A DNA stretch of 64,000 nt from contig OX597833.1 in NCBI GenBank assembly GCA_951406725.2, forward strand, positions 8,432,001 through 8,496,000. The letters run 5' to 3'. The notes beneath the pieces were generated by a model. It ran no database searches. It was given only the letters and a program-made list of their open reading frames with translations, and was not told the origin of the DNA. The first letter of the stretch is position 1. The number at the start of each line of letters is the position of its first letter. The stretch comes from Octopus vulgaris (Eukaryota). The position numbers and the translations under genes are program-made. Positions 39,062-50,369 of this stretch are shown piece after piece.

Positions 39062-40501
39062 ACTTGTGAAGACCTGTTGAGGCAAGTGAGAATCAAAAAA
39101 TCAAATCAAAATCGATCAACATCAATGGAATTTGTAGTTGTGGTACCAGTGCCGGTGGCACATAAGATAACCATCAGAACGTGGCCGTAGCCAGCACCGC
39201 ATCAACTGGCCTGTGCTGGTGGCACGTAACAAACACCATCCGATCGTGGCCGTTGCCAGCCTCGCCTGGCCTCCGTGCCGGTGGCACGTAAAAAGCACCA
39301 TCCAAGCTTGGCCGTTCACCAGCCTCGTCTGGCACCTGTGTCGGTGGCACATAAAAAGCACCCACTATACTCACAGAGTGGTTGGCGTTAGGAAGGGCAT
39401 CCAGCCGTAAAAGCATTGCCAGATCTGACTGGCCTGGTGCAGCCTCTTGGCTTCCCAGACCCCATTTGAACCATCCAACCCATGCTAGCATGGAAAGCGG
39501 ACGTTAAACGATGATGATGGATGTATGTATGTATGTATAAACGAATGAAATATAACTTTTTACTTGCTGTGTTTAATTAAAGAAGCAGGAAATGTAAAAT
39601 TAAGACCTGGGAATCTTTCAAAATTCTGGTAAAGGTGAGGCAGGTGTATTTGCAGAGACAATTAGACAGAACCAAGCAAAGAGGGAGGCATTCGTATATG
39701 TGGTATGACTTCAAACAACATCAAGTTGTGGGGCCCTGGTTTTGGAGTTGCAGGGGTTTTAAGAGTGTGGAACCAGCTCTTAGCCCCTATTTATTCTCAG
39801 GTCTGATCTGACCCAGAATAGTAGCACTGGTCAGATCTCAGCTGTGGGTTTATTAGAATGTTGTGGAGGACAGAGAGCAAGATGAAGCAGGTCTGATATG
39901 CCTTGGTCATCCCCAGTTGTCTTGACCTGGTCTTGTCAATGGACTGAAGATGGTCAGAGACAAGAAAATGGGGTTGAGGGTGTGCAGTTCTTCTTCACTT
40001 TAAACAAAGTCACTCTGTGCAAGTCCTCGGTCACCCTTCCTCCTTTTAAGATGACCAGATGGTCCGTATCACTTTGTTATCCTTTACTCTCTACCATTAC
40101 CCACAACACCTCACTGTCAGATGACACTGAAAACCTTCAGGCTTTAGGGGCTGCTTTCTAGATTAGGGTTTTCTGCACCACAAGAGCTTGGTCATATATG
40201 AAGTCAGGTGTCAAATCCTTTCTTGATTAACAAAGTTTTATTTATTTTGTTACTTTTTGTTATTGTTTATTTGTTGTATTTTCTTCTTGTTTATGTATTT
40301 TTTTGTTATTTTTGTTTTGCACCAAATTTCCCGTAAATCCAGTCACGTTGGGGCCAGCGTTTTAATGTCTTCTCTTTCCTTCCGCAGGTTGTGTCCCGGC
40401 CACGTATCAAACGTGTCAACCTGAGAGATTTGCTATTTTTGATGGAACAAGACAAATCTTTATGCAGATCAACGCTGATGTATAAATCATTTTTTAAGTG
40501 A
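6288..40501 (+). CDS. TAF4: TFIID subunit 4 (TAF4), 14 coding exons, about 1163 aa
   Basis: N-terminal [19 protein letters not shown] motif; long Q/T-rich region; [18 protein letters not shown]; TAFH domain [16 protein letters not shown]...[22 protein letters not shown]; [19 protein letters not shown]; histone fold [17 protein letters not shown]; [18 protein letters not shown]; C-terminal [17 protein letters not shown]. All exon phases are consistent. Confidence 0.96.
9075..9247 (+). mobile_element. SINE-like repeat ending GACCTGGGGCTAAA(CAA)n
   Basis: Shares CTAGAA(A)..GCAGCC..AAT and GACC(T/C).GGG.TAAA with copies near 10430-10590 and 28505-28700. Confidence 0.55.
11385..11550 (-). mobile_element. 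tRNA-derived SINE family B copy
   Basis: CTGGTACTTATTTTATTGACCCC...AGGATGAAAGGC...GGAATTTGAACTCA, shared with 12902, 36110 and 56700 copies. Confidence 0.7.
12490..12860 (+). mobile_element. Two tandem tRNA-headed SINE family A copies
   Basis: ATGGCTGTGTGGT(C/T)A...GGTTCA(A/G)T(T/C)CCACTG...GTG(T/C)CTT.TACTATAGCC twice (about 12490 and 12634); further copies near 11890-12030(-), 16140, 35930, 56370-56955(-). Confidence 0.7.
12902..13071 (-). mobile_element. SINE family B with 15-bp TSD
   Basis: TSD ATATCTTTGAATACC at 12887-12901 and 13072-13086. Confidence 0.85.
13107..14850 (-). mobile_element. maT/DD37D-like Tc1-mariner transposon remnant, interrupted by a nested mariner
   Basis: TA-flanked TIRs CAGG(G/A)TGTTC...CTAAATTTGA; minus-strand remnants KVMVFG, SDGY.KPLE.V..WLDRV, QQD...SQKWLLENF...[14 protein letters not shown]. 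Confidence 0.8.
13528..14407 (+). mobile_element. Non-autonomous mariner derivative with long inverted ends
   Basis: TA TSD 13526-27 and 14408-09; ends GTCTGATCAATAAGTATC; about 190-bp inverted arms; HTH remnant QVYEWFR...DIDERSGRP...SIRELSEDV...[10 protein letters not shown]. Confidence 0.88.
15665..15950 (-). mobile_element. RTE-LINE 3'-end copy ((TGA)n tail)
   Basis: Reverse complement of GGCACGTAAAAA.CACC...GTTAGGAAGGGCATCCAGCTGTAGAAAC...CAACCCATGCTAGCATGGAAAGC. Confidence 0.8.
16590..17032 (+). mobile_element. RTE-LINE 3'-end copy with internal GGTGGCACGTAAAAAGCACC repeats
   Basis: Three internal repeats, tail CCAACCCATGCTAGCATGGAAAACGGACATTAAATGATGATG; same 3' end as the RTE fragment at 50370-51386. 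Confidence 0.85.
17455..18207 (-). mobile_element. 5'-truncated CR1-type LINE (RT C-terminus + 3' end)
   Basis: [15 protein letters not shown]...WILQTFRTR...[12 protein letters not shown]...[12 protein letters not shown]...[19 protein letters not shown]. Confidence 0.9.
18517..21140 (+). mobile_element. CR1-type LINE ORF2 (APE endonuclease + RT), degenerate and internally deleted
   Basis: APE: [39 protein letters not shown]: [56 protein letters not shown]. Frameshifts and stops; A-rich tail at about 21130. Confidence 0.93.
21285..24075 (+). mobile_element. RTE/BovB-like LINE (APE + RT), degenerate, 3' end missing
   Basis: [54 protein letters not shown]; [40 protein letters not shown]; RLRWSG. 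Confidence 0.93.
24076..24712 (-). mobile_element. RTE LINE RT fragment (second RTE family)
   Basis: [17 protein letters not shown]...; [16 protein letters not shown]...[18 protein letters not shown]; homologous to 50370-50900. Confidence 0.88.
25685..25849 (+). CDS. TAF4: TAF4 exon 2
   Basis: TTCCTTCTAG|[29 protein letters not shown]...LQNVK|GTAAGT. Confidence 0.88.
26850..27087 (+). CDS. TAF4: TAF4 exon 3
   Basis: TTTCAG|[26 protein letters not shown]...ASNVLP, A|GTAAGA; phase 1 matches the next exon. Confidence 0.82.
28124..28251 (+). CDS. TAF4: TAF4 exon 4 (TAFH N-half)
   Basis: [43 protein letters not shown]|GTAAGT. Confidence 0.93.
29265..29442. mobile_element. TTAA-type (piggyBac-like) MITE
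   Basis: TTAAACCCTTTAGCGTT...AATGCTAAAGGATTAA; homologous to 532-720 and 49745-49965. Confidence 0.6.
29518..29751. repeat. Fold-back / MITE-like palindrome, about 110-bp arms
   Basis: AGTAAAGATTG.TTGCCAACATAACATGGCAGTCCTGGTTTAGGACGAATGTT... with a near-exact reverse complement ending CAATCTTTACT. Confidence 0.92.
30279..30368 (+). CDS. TAF4: TAF4 exon 5 (TAFH C-half)
   Basis: TTCTAG|[30 protein letters not shown]|GTAAGT. Confidence 0.94.
31327..31584 (+). CDS. TAF4: TAF4 exon 6
   Basis: TTTCAG|[26 protein letters not shown]...HQPTQ|GTAATT. Confidence 0.9.
32340..32599 (+). CDS. TAF4: TAF4 exon 7
   Basis: TTACAG|[10 protein letters not shown]...[11 protein letters not shown]|GTAAGT, phase 2. 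Confidence 0.88.
32762..32931 (+). CDS. TAF4: TAF4 exon 8
   Basis: [44 protein letters not shown]...SSI, G|GTAAGT. Confidence 0.95.
33271..33540 (+). mobile_element. SINE fragment sharing its core with the 45833-46140 element, different tail
   Basis: CACCTAAAGCTCCACGAGG.TCC.GCAGGGG...TGGTGGC.A.CCCTG; (AAAC)n tail. Confidence 0.6.
33865..33995 (+). CDS. TAF4: TAF4 exon 9 (histone fold)
   Basis: [44 protein letters not shown]|GTAAGT. Confidence 0.95.
34155..34280 (+). CDS. TAF4: TAF4 exon 10
   Basis: [42 protein letters not shown]|GTTTGT. Confidence 0.93.
35930..36630 (+). mobile_element. SINE family A with RTE-type tail, interrupted by SINE B (36110-36338, minus)
   Basis: A head/core 35930-36085; B flanked by TATACATATATA; tail GACAGGAAGGACATCCAGCC...CCCATGCAAGCATG. 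Confidence 0.75.
36709..36765 (+). CDS. TAF4: TAF4 exon 11
   Basis: TTTACAG|[19 protein letters not shown]|GTAAGT. Confidence 0.94.
36909..37019 (+). CDS. TAF4: TAF4 exon 12
   Basis: TTTCTCAG|[37 protein letters not shown]|GTACTT. Confidence 0.94.
37981..38037 (+). CDS. TAF4: TAF4 exon 13 (S/T linker; alternative in-frame donor at 38013)
   Basis: TTTCCTATTGCAG|[19 protein letters not shown]|GTGAGT. Confidence 0.72.
39062..39520 (+). mobile_element. RTE-LINE 3'-end copy (4 GGTGGCAC repeats, (TGA)n tail)
   Basis: Same family as 16590-17032 and 51000-51386; more degenerate copies near 12030-12367, 27420-27600, 34660-34805, 42170-42300, 62300-62490. Confidence 0.85.
40388..40501 (+). CDS. TAF4: TAF4 last coding exon
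   Basis: TTTCCTTCCGCAG|[40 protein letters not shown] 40499-40501. Confidence 0.94.
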   Translation, partial: VVSRPRIKRVNLRDLLFLMEQDKSLCRSTLMYKSFFK

Positions 40502-41120
40502 CCTCTTCTTTACCACAACCACTACAACTACTACTACTACTACTACTATTAAACACTGTTACCACCACTACTACTAAACACCAAGCGACACCCTCCTCCC
40601 CCCATACCATCGCACCTCATTCCCCCCATGACCCTCTCAACTGGACTGACTACAGCTTTCCCGACCCCCCAAACTCTCCCTGTGTTGGTGTGTTAAGTGA
40701 CTTCTTACACTTTCATCCTTTCAAAGAGGAAGAGAGTACGAGAGATGGGGGGAAGGGGCAGAAAGAGGGGTAGCAAGAGGAGGAGGAGGAGGCAGACGAG
40801 GAATGTGATTTTGACCCCAACTGAAATTTAGTCCACTGCACCCTCACCACCACCACCACCCCCATCATCATCATCATCATCACCGCCACCTTCACCATTG
40901 CATGCCATCAGCATCACAAAACCAACATCATTGCACCTTTTTTCACTCATTATTTCATTATCACTGAGTACAGGGGTGGGGGGGGGTTTGTGTTTTTTGG
41001 GGTGGTAGAGTAGGGTGGGGTAAGTTGTTACCCCAGCAACCATAACAACAACAACAACATTAAATTGTGGAAAAAATGGTTCTATCCTTTGATCATCTTC
41101 CCTGAACTCACCCCTGCTTC

Positions 41121-41155
<35 letters not shown>

Positions 41156-42789
41156 TATACTATGGCAGTGCTCTAGAATAGTCGTCACAACTAAACCAAT
41201 TTTGTTAGTGAATGCCTGGTGTATTACTGGTATTTATTTTGGGATTGCCAGGAATACAACTACTATGTTTTGGCTCTCTTCACCTTCCTCAACCAATAAT
41301 AATAATAATAACTGAGGTGAGCGTACTCCATAGAGTACAATGCAGACATCCTTTTCGCCTCTCTGTACTCTGTTGTCAATAACTATTTCAGAACTCTGGA
41401 TGTGCCACAACTGGACAAGCAAAGAGTTGGGGGTTCAAATCACTCTCATCATTATGTTTGTCACACTTATCTGTTTCTAGCACAGTCTTTGTAGCTGTAA
41501 GTAGGTACCACCATACGCTATGGTTTATAGTCCACTGCAGCAGATGACCAACCATTTATGTAAGGATTTTAGAAAAACAACTCGTTAACTGTGCCGACAT
41601 TGTTAATAATTACATGAACACCATTTATCAATGTAAACTTGGTTTGAGCTTCACCCACTTGGCTCTGCGCTACCACCTTGACTACAGCACCACCCTGCAC
41701 CAAACTGCTCCATTGTATCAGACTAAAAGAAACCCTATCCTTTTCTCTCTTTTATTGAATCCCTTAATCCCCATTGTCCCCTTTATTGGTGTAGAAGCCA
41801 GTTTGTGAACCCTTTTCCTTCTTCTTTACTGGATCAATGATGACAATAATAATAATAATAATAATGGAATTCCTCTTTATTGCTGCTGTTGTTGCTGTCA
41901 GCCGTACAGTACATGGAGCTGTTGTTGTTGGTGGTGATTGTGAACATTCGGTGGATGACCCCATACTAGTGGTACCTGCTTAGAGATCAAAGTTGTCCTG
42001 TCTTCTTTCCTCCAGATTATATCACCCCGAGATGTCCATCTCCCTTTTAAGACAAAAGGGTGTGATTTGAGATATATTTAGCTGCCATTTGTAGCAAGTC
42101 AAACGACCATGTAGAGACTCCCTCCCTGACACTTAGAAGTCACCACTGATGTGTTTGTGCTTGGTGTTGGAGAAGGCATCCAGTCATAGAAACCATTCTA
42201 AGGAGGACATTGGAGCTTGGTGCAGCATTCTGTGGCTTGTCAGATCCTGCCAACCCATGCCAGCATTGAAAACGGATTTTAAATGATGATGATAATGATG
42301 ATGTTTGTATGAGAGAGAGAGAAATAGTCACCATTTTGCTGTATATAGAGGTAACCTGTATGCCAGGAATCCCAATTCCGCCACACTTTAGTCAAAGTGA
42401 CTCCCCACACACTGGGTGACTGTATGGGGCTACAATGTGGCCCTAGGGGTATGTTGGTGGTGGTGTTGTTATGGCAACAGGGTTCGGTGAGTCAGTGGTG
42501 GTAAATTCTTGGCAAACAAAATTCACTTTCAAATTAACTTTTGACTTTGTAACTGGTTGCATTGCTGCCTTAGTAAGGGCATGATTGTCACCACTTCCAA
42601 TCTTTGTTTCAACACACTGATAGATTAACAAAATGTCTTTACATGTCATCTCTGTCTTGTCTCTATTATGTCTAATTAATTACTTTCACCCTAATTAAAT
42701 ATTGTAACTCTAATGACATTCCTCTCTCTATCTACATGGCCTCTCTCTGCCTCCTCCTCCTCTCATTCACTCACTCTCTTCATCTCTCC

Positions 42790-42828
<39 letters not shown>

Positions 42829-42985
42829 TTGTCTCCTTCACTCATTCTTTCGCTCAAAAAACAACCATTCAATGTTTGTCATTTGTCTTGAAGCTATTTC
42901 ATTACTGATGGGTTGGTCTGCCTTCCAAACATGTCGAGAAATACGTACATACATTTATTTTGATACACACACATATATATGTATG

Positions 42986-43029
<44 letters not shown>

Positions 43030-43560
43030 TACATTTTCATAACATGGAGTTCCATTATGTAAGACCAATTTTCCAACATCTTCCTGTTAAATGGAAGTTA
43101 ACAGGCACAGAATTGGTGAGAAAAAATGTTTTATATTATGGAAACTGTGTTCTAGGAAAGATTCTTGGGCAGAGCTCTTCCATGATGTGGGAGATGCCTG
43201 TGTGTGTGTGTGTGATGTTCATTTGTGGATGAAACTAAGCAGTAATAACATTCTCTCCGACCGGTTTCATCCGGTCGGTCATTCAGCCATATATGGATTG
43301 GCTGCGAATGTAATCCCTGTTTATCTCATGCATAAAATTAACATATATTATACAGACATATATTAACATATATTTGAGTCTACACACTTCCAACACAACA
43401 ACACTGTATTGAATACTTTTATGTTTTTATACCACAACATAAACTATGCATATATATATCTATATATATATAGACAGATATAGATAGGCATGTGTGTATG
43501 TATATATAATTACACATGTGTATGCATATTGTGTATGTGTGCATAATGTATGCTTATATT

Positions 43561-43600
<40 letters not shown>

Positions 43601-44799
43601 AATATATTTATTATATTGCCATAAAATTGCAGTGGAATTGTGAAGAAGCGAAGCATCCACCTGTCTTGTTGCCGGTCACACTTCAACTGGTCCTAAATCA
43701 ACCCAAAGAGGTCCTTGCTGAGTTACCAAAGAATCTTCTGTACAAGAGCTATGTAGGACTGTCTTGCGAAATGGCAAGTGATGGCCTCCAGGACACAAAC
43801 GCTGCCTTGAATAATAACCTGCAATTATTCAGGTGACAATGTACCTTTAAAACTTAACGAGTTGATGAGGAATGTTTTGATTTTGGCTGGGACATATTGG
43901 CGTCGGTTGTTTCATCATGTTTGGCAGAGATTGATGACTCGGAGAAAAGTTCTTTCATCACAGGTTACCAAAGTTCGAATGGAAAATATCTTCAGGGAAT
44001 CATTGCAAATGGTGATGAATTATTCTGAGATTATTTGAAGGGGGACATTTAGGGATCCAGTCTTGAAGCTAAGGTTCCTGCAAACTACGATAGGCATTTA
44101 GTATTAGTCTTGTAGACTTGGCTTTCTCAACTAATTATTACTGGTTTCTCTCGGCGACAGTCATAATTCTAATCAGAAGGGGTGTGACATAATTTGTGTG
44201 ACCTTTCCGATGGGAATAGGGTCAGGGATGGAGAAAGAGAAGGAATAGTAAGGGATCATGTGCCTTTAGGCCCCACTGCATCCTCAGGTGTATATGATAA
44301 ATTACATAGGTGTATATATGTATGTATACAATTGCGTGTGTGTGTGTAATGTCTTTCTACATCATTGCTTAATCAGTGTTTAGTTTACAATAATTAAAAA
44401 AAACAAGTAAAAAAATCTAAATAAAAGAAGGAAATAAATCAAATCTTGTTCGTTTTCTGAATGAGATTTTATGTTTTTAACTCTCGCACACACACACACC
44501 ATTCCCTGGAAACTGTAGTGAAGCAGCTGCCTGCTCTTGTATAGTTTTTCCCCTTTTTCTTTTCATCTGAAAAAAAAAAAAACTTTTTCTTTTTAAAAGA
44601 GTTTTTAAAGAACAGAAAGAAATTCCTTATTCAATGTTTTTTGAAGACAGTCTTAGACAACAGTTTGGCACAAGTGGTTCCTGATATCAAGAATTTTGCA
44701 TTTATACCTGTGTGTGTGTGTGTGTGTGTGTTTTATTGCATTCACAGTACAAAGCCTACATAAAAAATATAAAAAAAGGCCTGAAAAAACGGTGAGGGG

Positions 44800-44856
<57 letters not shown>

Positions 44857-44964
44857 ATGTTTGTGTGATTGTGTGACAGACACAAGCACATGCACTTATA
44901 TATACCTGTAATTCCACTTATTCAATTGTACAGAAAGTAATTGTATAAATGAGGTAAAAAAAAC

Positions 44965-44996
44965 AATAAATATTACAAAATCTAAATCCCAATAAA
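44965..44996 (+). terminator. Candidate TAF4 polyadenylation signals (AATAAA x2)
   Basis: AATAAA at 44965 and 44991, upstream TGTA motifs, downstream TG/T-rich tract; other AATAAA at 44420 and 44433. Confidence 0.35.
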
Positions 44997-45832
44997 ATGT
45001 GTGAAGTTTTAAAATTGCAGCCCATTTTTGAAATTTGTTTGTTTGTAGGGGTCAGTGTGTGGGGAGGGGGTCTCTTAACAGTTCTTCATCTCTCACCCCC
45101 ACCCCTCTCTCCTTAAAACATAAACATTTGATATAAGAAACTTTGATAATGTTTATTTTGTTCCTCAAATTTCTTTGTTGATTTTCAGTTTTTTTTTTAT
45201 TATTTCTCTCTGTTATTGAATCTGGAAGAAAATTCAGTTTCGAAAAGTCTTCAACAATTTAGATTCTTTAGAAGAGTACAACAACACAAATAATGATAAT
45301 AATAATAATAATAATAATAGTAATAATAAGCAGAGCCTGCATAAATATTGAAAACCAAATTAAACCAAGCTACTCACTGCCAGAAGAAATCGTCAATCAA
45401 TACAAAGACATTAATTAATTAAATAACGACTAAGCACCACACTTTCTCAACATCTCTGCTGCAAGGACCCTGGTACCTTCTTTTATAGACTACAATGTTC
45501 TCCTGTTCCAAGTTGCTGCCAAGTCTTGAAACGGATCACATTGGTTCCTGTTTGTCCCAAGAATAGTTACACATCTCTCTGTCTTAATACGACCAACACT
45601 ACTCCAGGAGTGTCTCTAGTGGTCACATACCTCCCTGTTTAGTCATTAATCCTCAGATTGTAAGTAAAAATACTGCCCCACCCCTCTATTTTATTCTGGG
45701 TGTCACCGTTTTCTAGAGAATCATTTAATCAACCATCATCGGTCATTCTGGCAAGCAAATTTTCTATGACATATATACACACACACATGTTTGTGTGTGT
45801 GTGTATTTATGTATAAATATATATATATGCAT

Positions 45833-46140
45833 AGATCAGCGTGACCGACCAGGCTATCAGATGTTGTTACACATCGCTGGTCACAATGCGCTTTGCATTG
45901 TTTTTAGCCTTCAAATGACGCCATCTCGCTGGCTAAGCGAGCAGGCCAACATAAGAAAGAGTAAAAGAAAGTTGTGGCGAAAGAGCACAGCAGGGATTGC
46001 CACCACCCCCTGGCGGAGCCTCGTGGAGCTTTAGGTGTTTTCGCTCAATAAACACTCACAACGCCCAGTCTGGGAATCAAAACTGTGATCCTACAACTGC
46101 AAGTCTGCTGCCCTAACCACTGGGCTATTGCACCTCCACA
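45833..46140 (-). mobile_element. tRNA-derived SINE with A/B boxes
   Basis: Minus-strand head TGGAGGTGCAATAGCCCAGTGGTTAGGGCAGCAGACTTGCAG...GTTTTGATTCCCAGAC. Confidence 0.75.
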
Positions 46141-47373
46141 TATATATATATATGTGTGTGTGTGTGTATATATATATATATGTGTGTTTGTGTATATATA
46201 TGTATATACATATACACATATATATATATATACACACACATATATATATACACATACATTTATATATATATATATAAGGGGCAAGTAGTGTTAGTATGTT
46301 GTTTATGGGCAAGTAACCACGGTTGTCTCTGTTTTCTGATTTGACCGTTGTTGAATGAATCCGTACCTAGGGATGTTCACATGTTTCAGTCCTGGAAACA
46401 GAATCTGTTTTAAGTTGCTCAATCCAGAGATCCATCTGTGCTAAGCTCCTTATTCTTTAGATCCAGCAATCCACTCTTTGTTTAATCCTCTCCAATCATA
46501 TCCGTTTCCAATTGACTGTCTTTAATCCAGGACATTTTGCTTAATTCGTTGTTGTTGCTTGATCCACCAAACAACTCTTTTAATCTCCTTAATCCTTCCA
46601 GAAACCTATATTCTTGCATCAGCTCTTAATCCTTGTTTGAAATTTTTACGGAAATATTTTAGTTAATTTTCTCTTCATTAGCAGCAGATGTTGGATAAAA
46701 GAAAAAAGCATTTAATCCTTAGAGTTGTAAATATTTGATATTTTTTGGTATTTTGCTGCTTCTTTTATTTATTCCAAAGAACTTTTCCCTAACGTCTCCC
46801 CTTTTACCATTCTACTCCAACTGGAGATCATTGGAAACCCAACCTTCAGTTCACAATTTTTGAGATTTGAGAGAAATAATAATAATAATCTATTTTAGGC
46901 TCAAGGCTAACAATTTTAAGGGGGTAAAGAATAGTCATTGCCACCCGCCCACCCCCAGTACGTGACAGGTATCCTATCTTACCGACCTCCAGGGTTGATA
47001 GAATATAGCAATCAATGGCATTGACTCCCTTCTTCCATCAAAATTCATGGACTTCTGCCTGAGAAACAATAATAATAATAATAATAATAATAATGCTGTT
47101 AATTTGATTCCAATCTTTCCCTGTTTGAGTGTCATTTGGTAAAATGCTACCAACTGAACCCTTTTCTGTTATGAGTGATGATTGAGGTGTTGTGAGGTTC
47201 CCAGAGACCAGGTTGTGACACAATGGCACAGTGATTCCGAAACCATTATCGCTTCTCTATGAGAAGTCAGTGAAAAAACATTTCTCTTTTTTTCTTTTTT
47301 TTTCTTGTAAATAAATTTGGATTTTAACAATTTCAAAAAAAAAGCAATGAATGGTTTTCTTTTCACATTTATT

Positions 47374-47429
47374 TTATATATATAAAATTTTATATATATA
47401 AATGTTGTACATATTTACATCTCTGTATG

Positions 47430-47487
<58 letters not shown>

Positions 47488-47886
47488 AATATATATACAT
47501 ATATGGACATTGAACAATGATGATATATGTATGTATGTACATATGTATGTGGATATATATATGTGTGTATGTATTTGGAAATATATATATATATGTATGT
47601 ATTTGGATATATATATATGTATATATATTTCGTTTTTGGATTTGGTTTGCAAGATTCTTTATGTGAGTTCTTGTGTTGAAGGATATTCTGTTGTGTCTGC
47701 GGAGAGTCATTCCCTTTTGGTGCCCCTTATTATTTAACACACTCACTGGTAAAGTTTCCCTTTATTTCTTTTGTAAGACTCAATGGAAATTTTAGAAAGA
47801 TAAAAAAGAAATAAGTGGAGATTTTACCGATGAGTGTGTTAAATTATAAGGCACCAAAAGAGACTGACTCTCCCCAGACACAACAG

Positions 47887-47917
<31 letters not shown>

Positions 47918-48002
47918 ATATATATATGCGTATATATAAATGTATGTATATGTGTGTGTATATAAGTATATATATATGTATGTATGTGTATGTATATATA
48001 TA

Positions 48003-48037
<35 letters not shown>

Positions 48038-48388
48038 GTATTTATATATGTATATATATATATGTATTTATATATATATATATGTATTTATATATATATA
48101 TGTATTTATATATATATATATATATCTATTTGTATATATATGTGTGTGTATATGTATGTGTATGTATATATATCTATATATGTATATAAATATGTATGTA
48201 TATATGTGTGTATGAATGTGTATGTATATATATCTATATATATGTATATAAATATGTATGTATATATGTGTGTATGTATGTGTATGTATATATATCTATA
48301 TATATGTATATAAATATGTATGTATATATATGCATGTATATATGTATGTATATATATCTATATATATTTATGTATGTATGTGTATATG

Positions 48389-48421
<33 letters not shown>

Positions 48422-48710
48422 GTGTATGTATGTGTATATATATGTGTATGTATGTATATATGTATGTATAAATATGTGTATGTATATATATGTATGTATA
48501 TATATATGTATGTATATATACGTATGTATGTATATATATATGTGTGTGTGTGTGTGTGTATCTATATATGCGTACATATATATATTTGTATTTACATATG
48601 TGTATATATGTATGTGCGTGAGTGTATATACATATATGCATGTTTGTATAGGTGTATATATATATATATATATATATATGCATATATACGTATATACATG
48701 CACATATATG

Positions 48711-48759
<49 letters not shown>

Positions 48760-48780
48760 ATGTGTGTATGTTCATGGCTT
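47374..48780. repeat. Long (TA)/(TG) mosaic microsatellite, interrupted by a fold-back element
   Basis: Direct reading. Confidence 0.95.
47688..47886. repeat. Inverted repeat, about 85-bp arms
   Basis: CTGTTGTGTCTG.GGAGAGTCA..C.CTTTTGGTGCC...TTTAACACACTCA..GGTAAA versus its reverse complement at about 47805-47886. Confidence 0.85.
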
Positions 48781-50369
48781 ATCATCTGATTATGTTTCTA
48801 AGAGGGAAAGTCTCTTGCCTTTGAAATAGAAACAGAAATTGAGGTTTTCTTTTTGACAGTGAATTCATTTCTACCACTGAAAGACACACACACACACACA
48901 CATAACTTCTCTTTCAATCGACACACACACCCACACACACCCAACACACACACACACACTTTCCACCAACACACACACACTTTCCACTTGCAATTCTCCT
49001 GTAAATATATTTATAATTAACTCCTGCCTCATATTCTTTGATTTAGAACAAAATAATTAATTACTCGAAAAGAACTAATGAAAAGACATCACTAACTCAT
49101 TCACTTTGAGTCGAAATCTCAAACGCCCCTCACCCACCTGACCCCCACCCCAATTGGCCCCTAAAATTGTTGGAAATCGTTCAGACTTGGTCTTCTGTTT
49201 CTCAAAGAATTAAAAAGCAAAAACAACAACAACAACAACAAAAAGACATTTCTGTTCTGTAAAAGATTTGCAGAAGAAAATCTTAGTTAGAAATATTTCA
49301 GTTTTACCCCCTGATTTGATTTCCTCGACCCCCGAGAAGTTGTAAATATAGAAAATTTGTTGACACCCCTGCCCCCATCTCTCTCTCTCTTGTTTTCACT
49401 TGAATTAATATTATAATGATGACTATGATGATAATAATGATGATGATGATGATATACTTTGAAAAGGGGTTTCAAGGTTCTGTTCACCCAAGAAGGTTTC
49501 CTTCCTTCCAATGTATAAACTCTCTCTCTCTCTTCTTTTTTTTTTTATTCGAAGTGGGGGGGTGGGCAGTTAACCTGTAACAGTGTGTAATAAAACTGAT
49601 ATTTATCAAACTTTCTTCAGTTTTTTTTTTCCTTTTCTTTTTTTTTTATTGTATTTGTTGATTGTGGAATGAAGAAACGGCCCTTGTGGCCCTTGAAGTC
49701 CTTTCTCCTCGGAGTCTGGTGACGTTGGGGCTATTAATGTTCTGTTTAACACTTCAGCATTTAAACTGACCCTTTTCTGGCCCCAAATATTCTCCCCCTT
49801 TTTATGGTCAAACAAGCCAAAGCTGGCCTCTCACACCTACCCTACAATGTTATCCTTAAAATAAACAATCACATCATCAAAACCTTGTAGCAATGAGATA
49901 ATCCTGGATTAAAACAAAACAATGTGAATAAATAAGGATTAGCATTTGACAGAGTAAAGGATTAAAACTGTTGTTGGTCATTGTGTGATTCCAGAAGGAT
50001 GATGTTTGGGGGTGAAAGGACTGGGTGAGTGAAGAGTAAGGTGGCAGGGAGGAGAGTTGGATGTAAAAAGAGTTACAAGAGGAGAGGTGAATAGATCGAA
50101 AGCCCTAAATATTGGTCTTGATATGAAAAGAGCAGAGGCCATATTAGTGTGAGAGAGAGAGAGAAGACATCATGTGTGCAGCTGAAGGGCCAGAGTGTGG
50201 CCACCCATTAGGGATTGAATGTCAATCGGTCAAGTGACAAAGTTCCATTTCATTGTAGAAGAGTGAGAAAGAGGAGAATGGACATCTCTGAGTGGTGGAT
50301 GGACAATCAGTTGAATGAGTTTATTTTGGTTGTGAGACATCAACATTGGTCCTTTCTATGTGAGCTTTC

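Noticed and set aside
46060-46140. tRNA gene
   Set aside because: The tRNA-like A/B boxes run into a SINE body, with no clean cloverleaf; the same applies to the heads at 12490, 12634 and 35930.
46340-46850. Possible minus-strand coding remnant
   Set aside because: Many stops; faint resemblance to an RTE endonuclease, too decayed to support.
47374-48829. Many 100-190 aa ORFs rich in Y/I/C/V/M
   Set aside because: Translations of TA/TG microsatellite; the same applies at 5033-5603, 8-9.6 kb, 46 kb and 59.2-59.6 kb.
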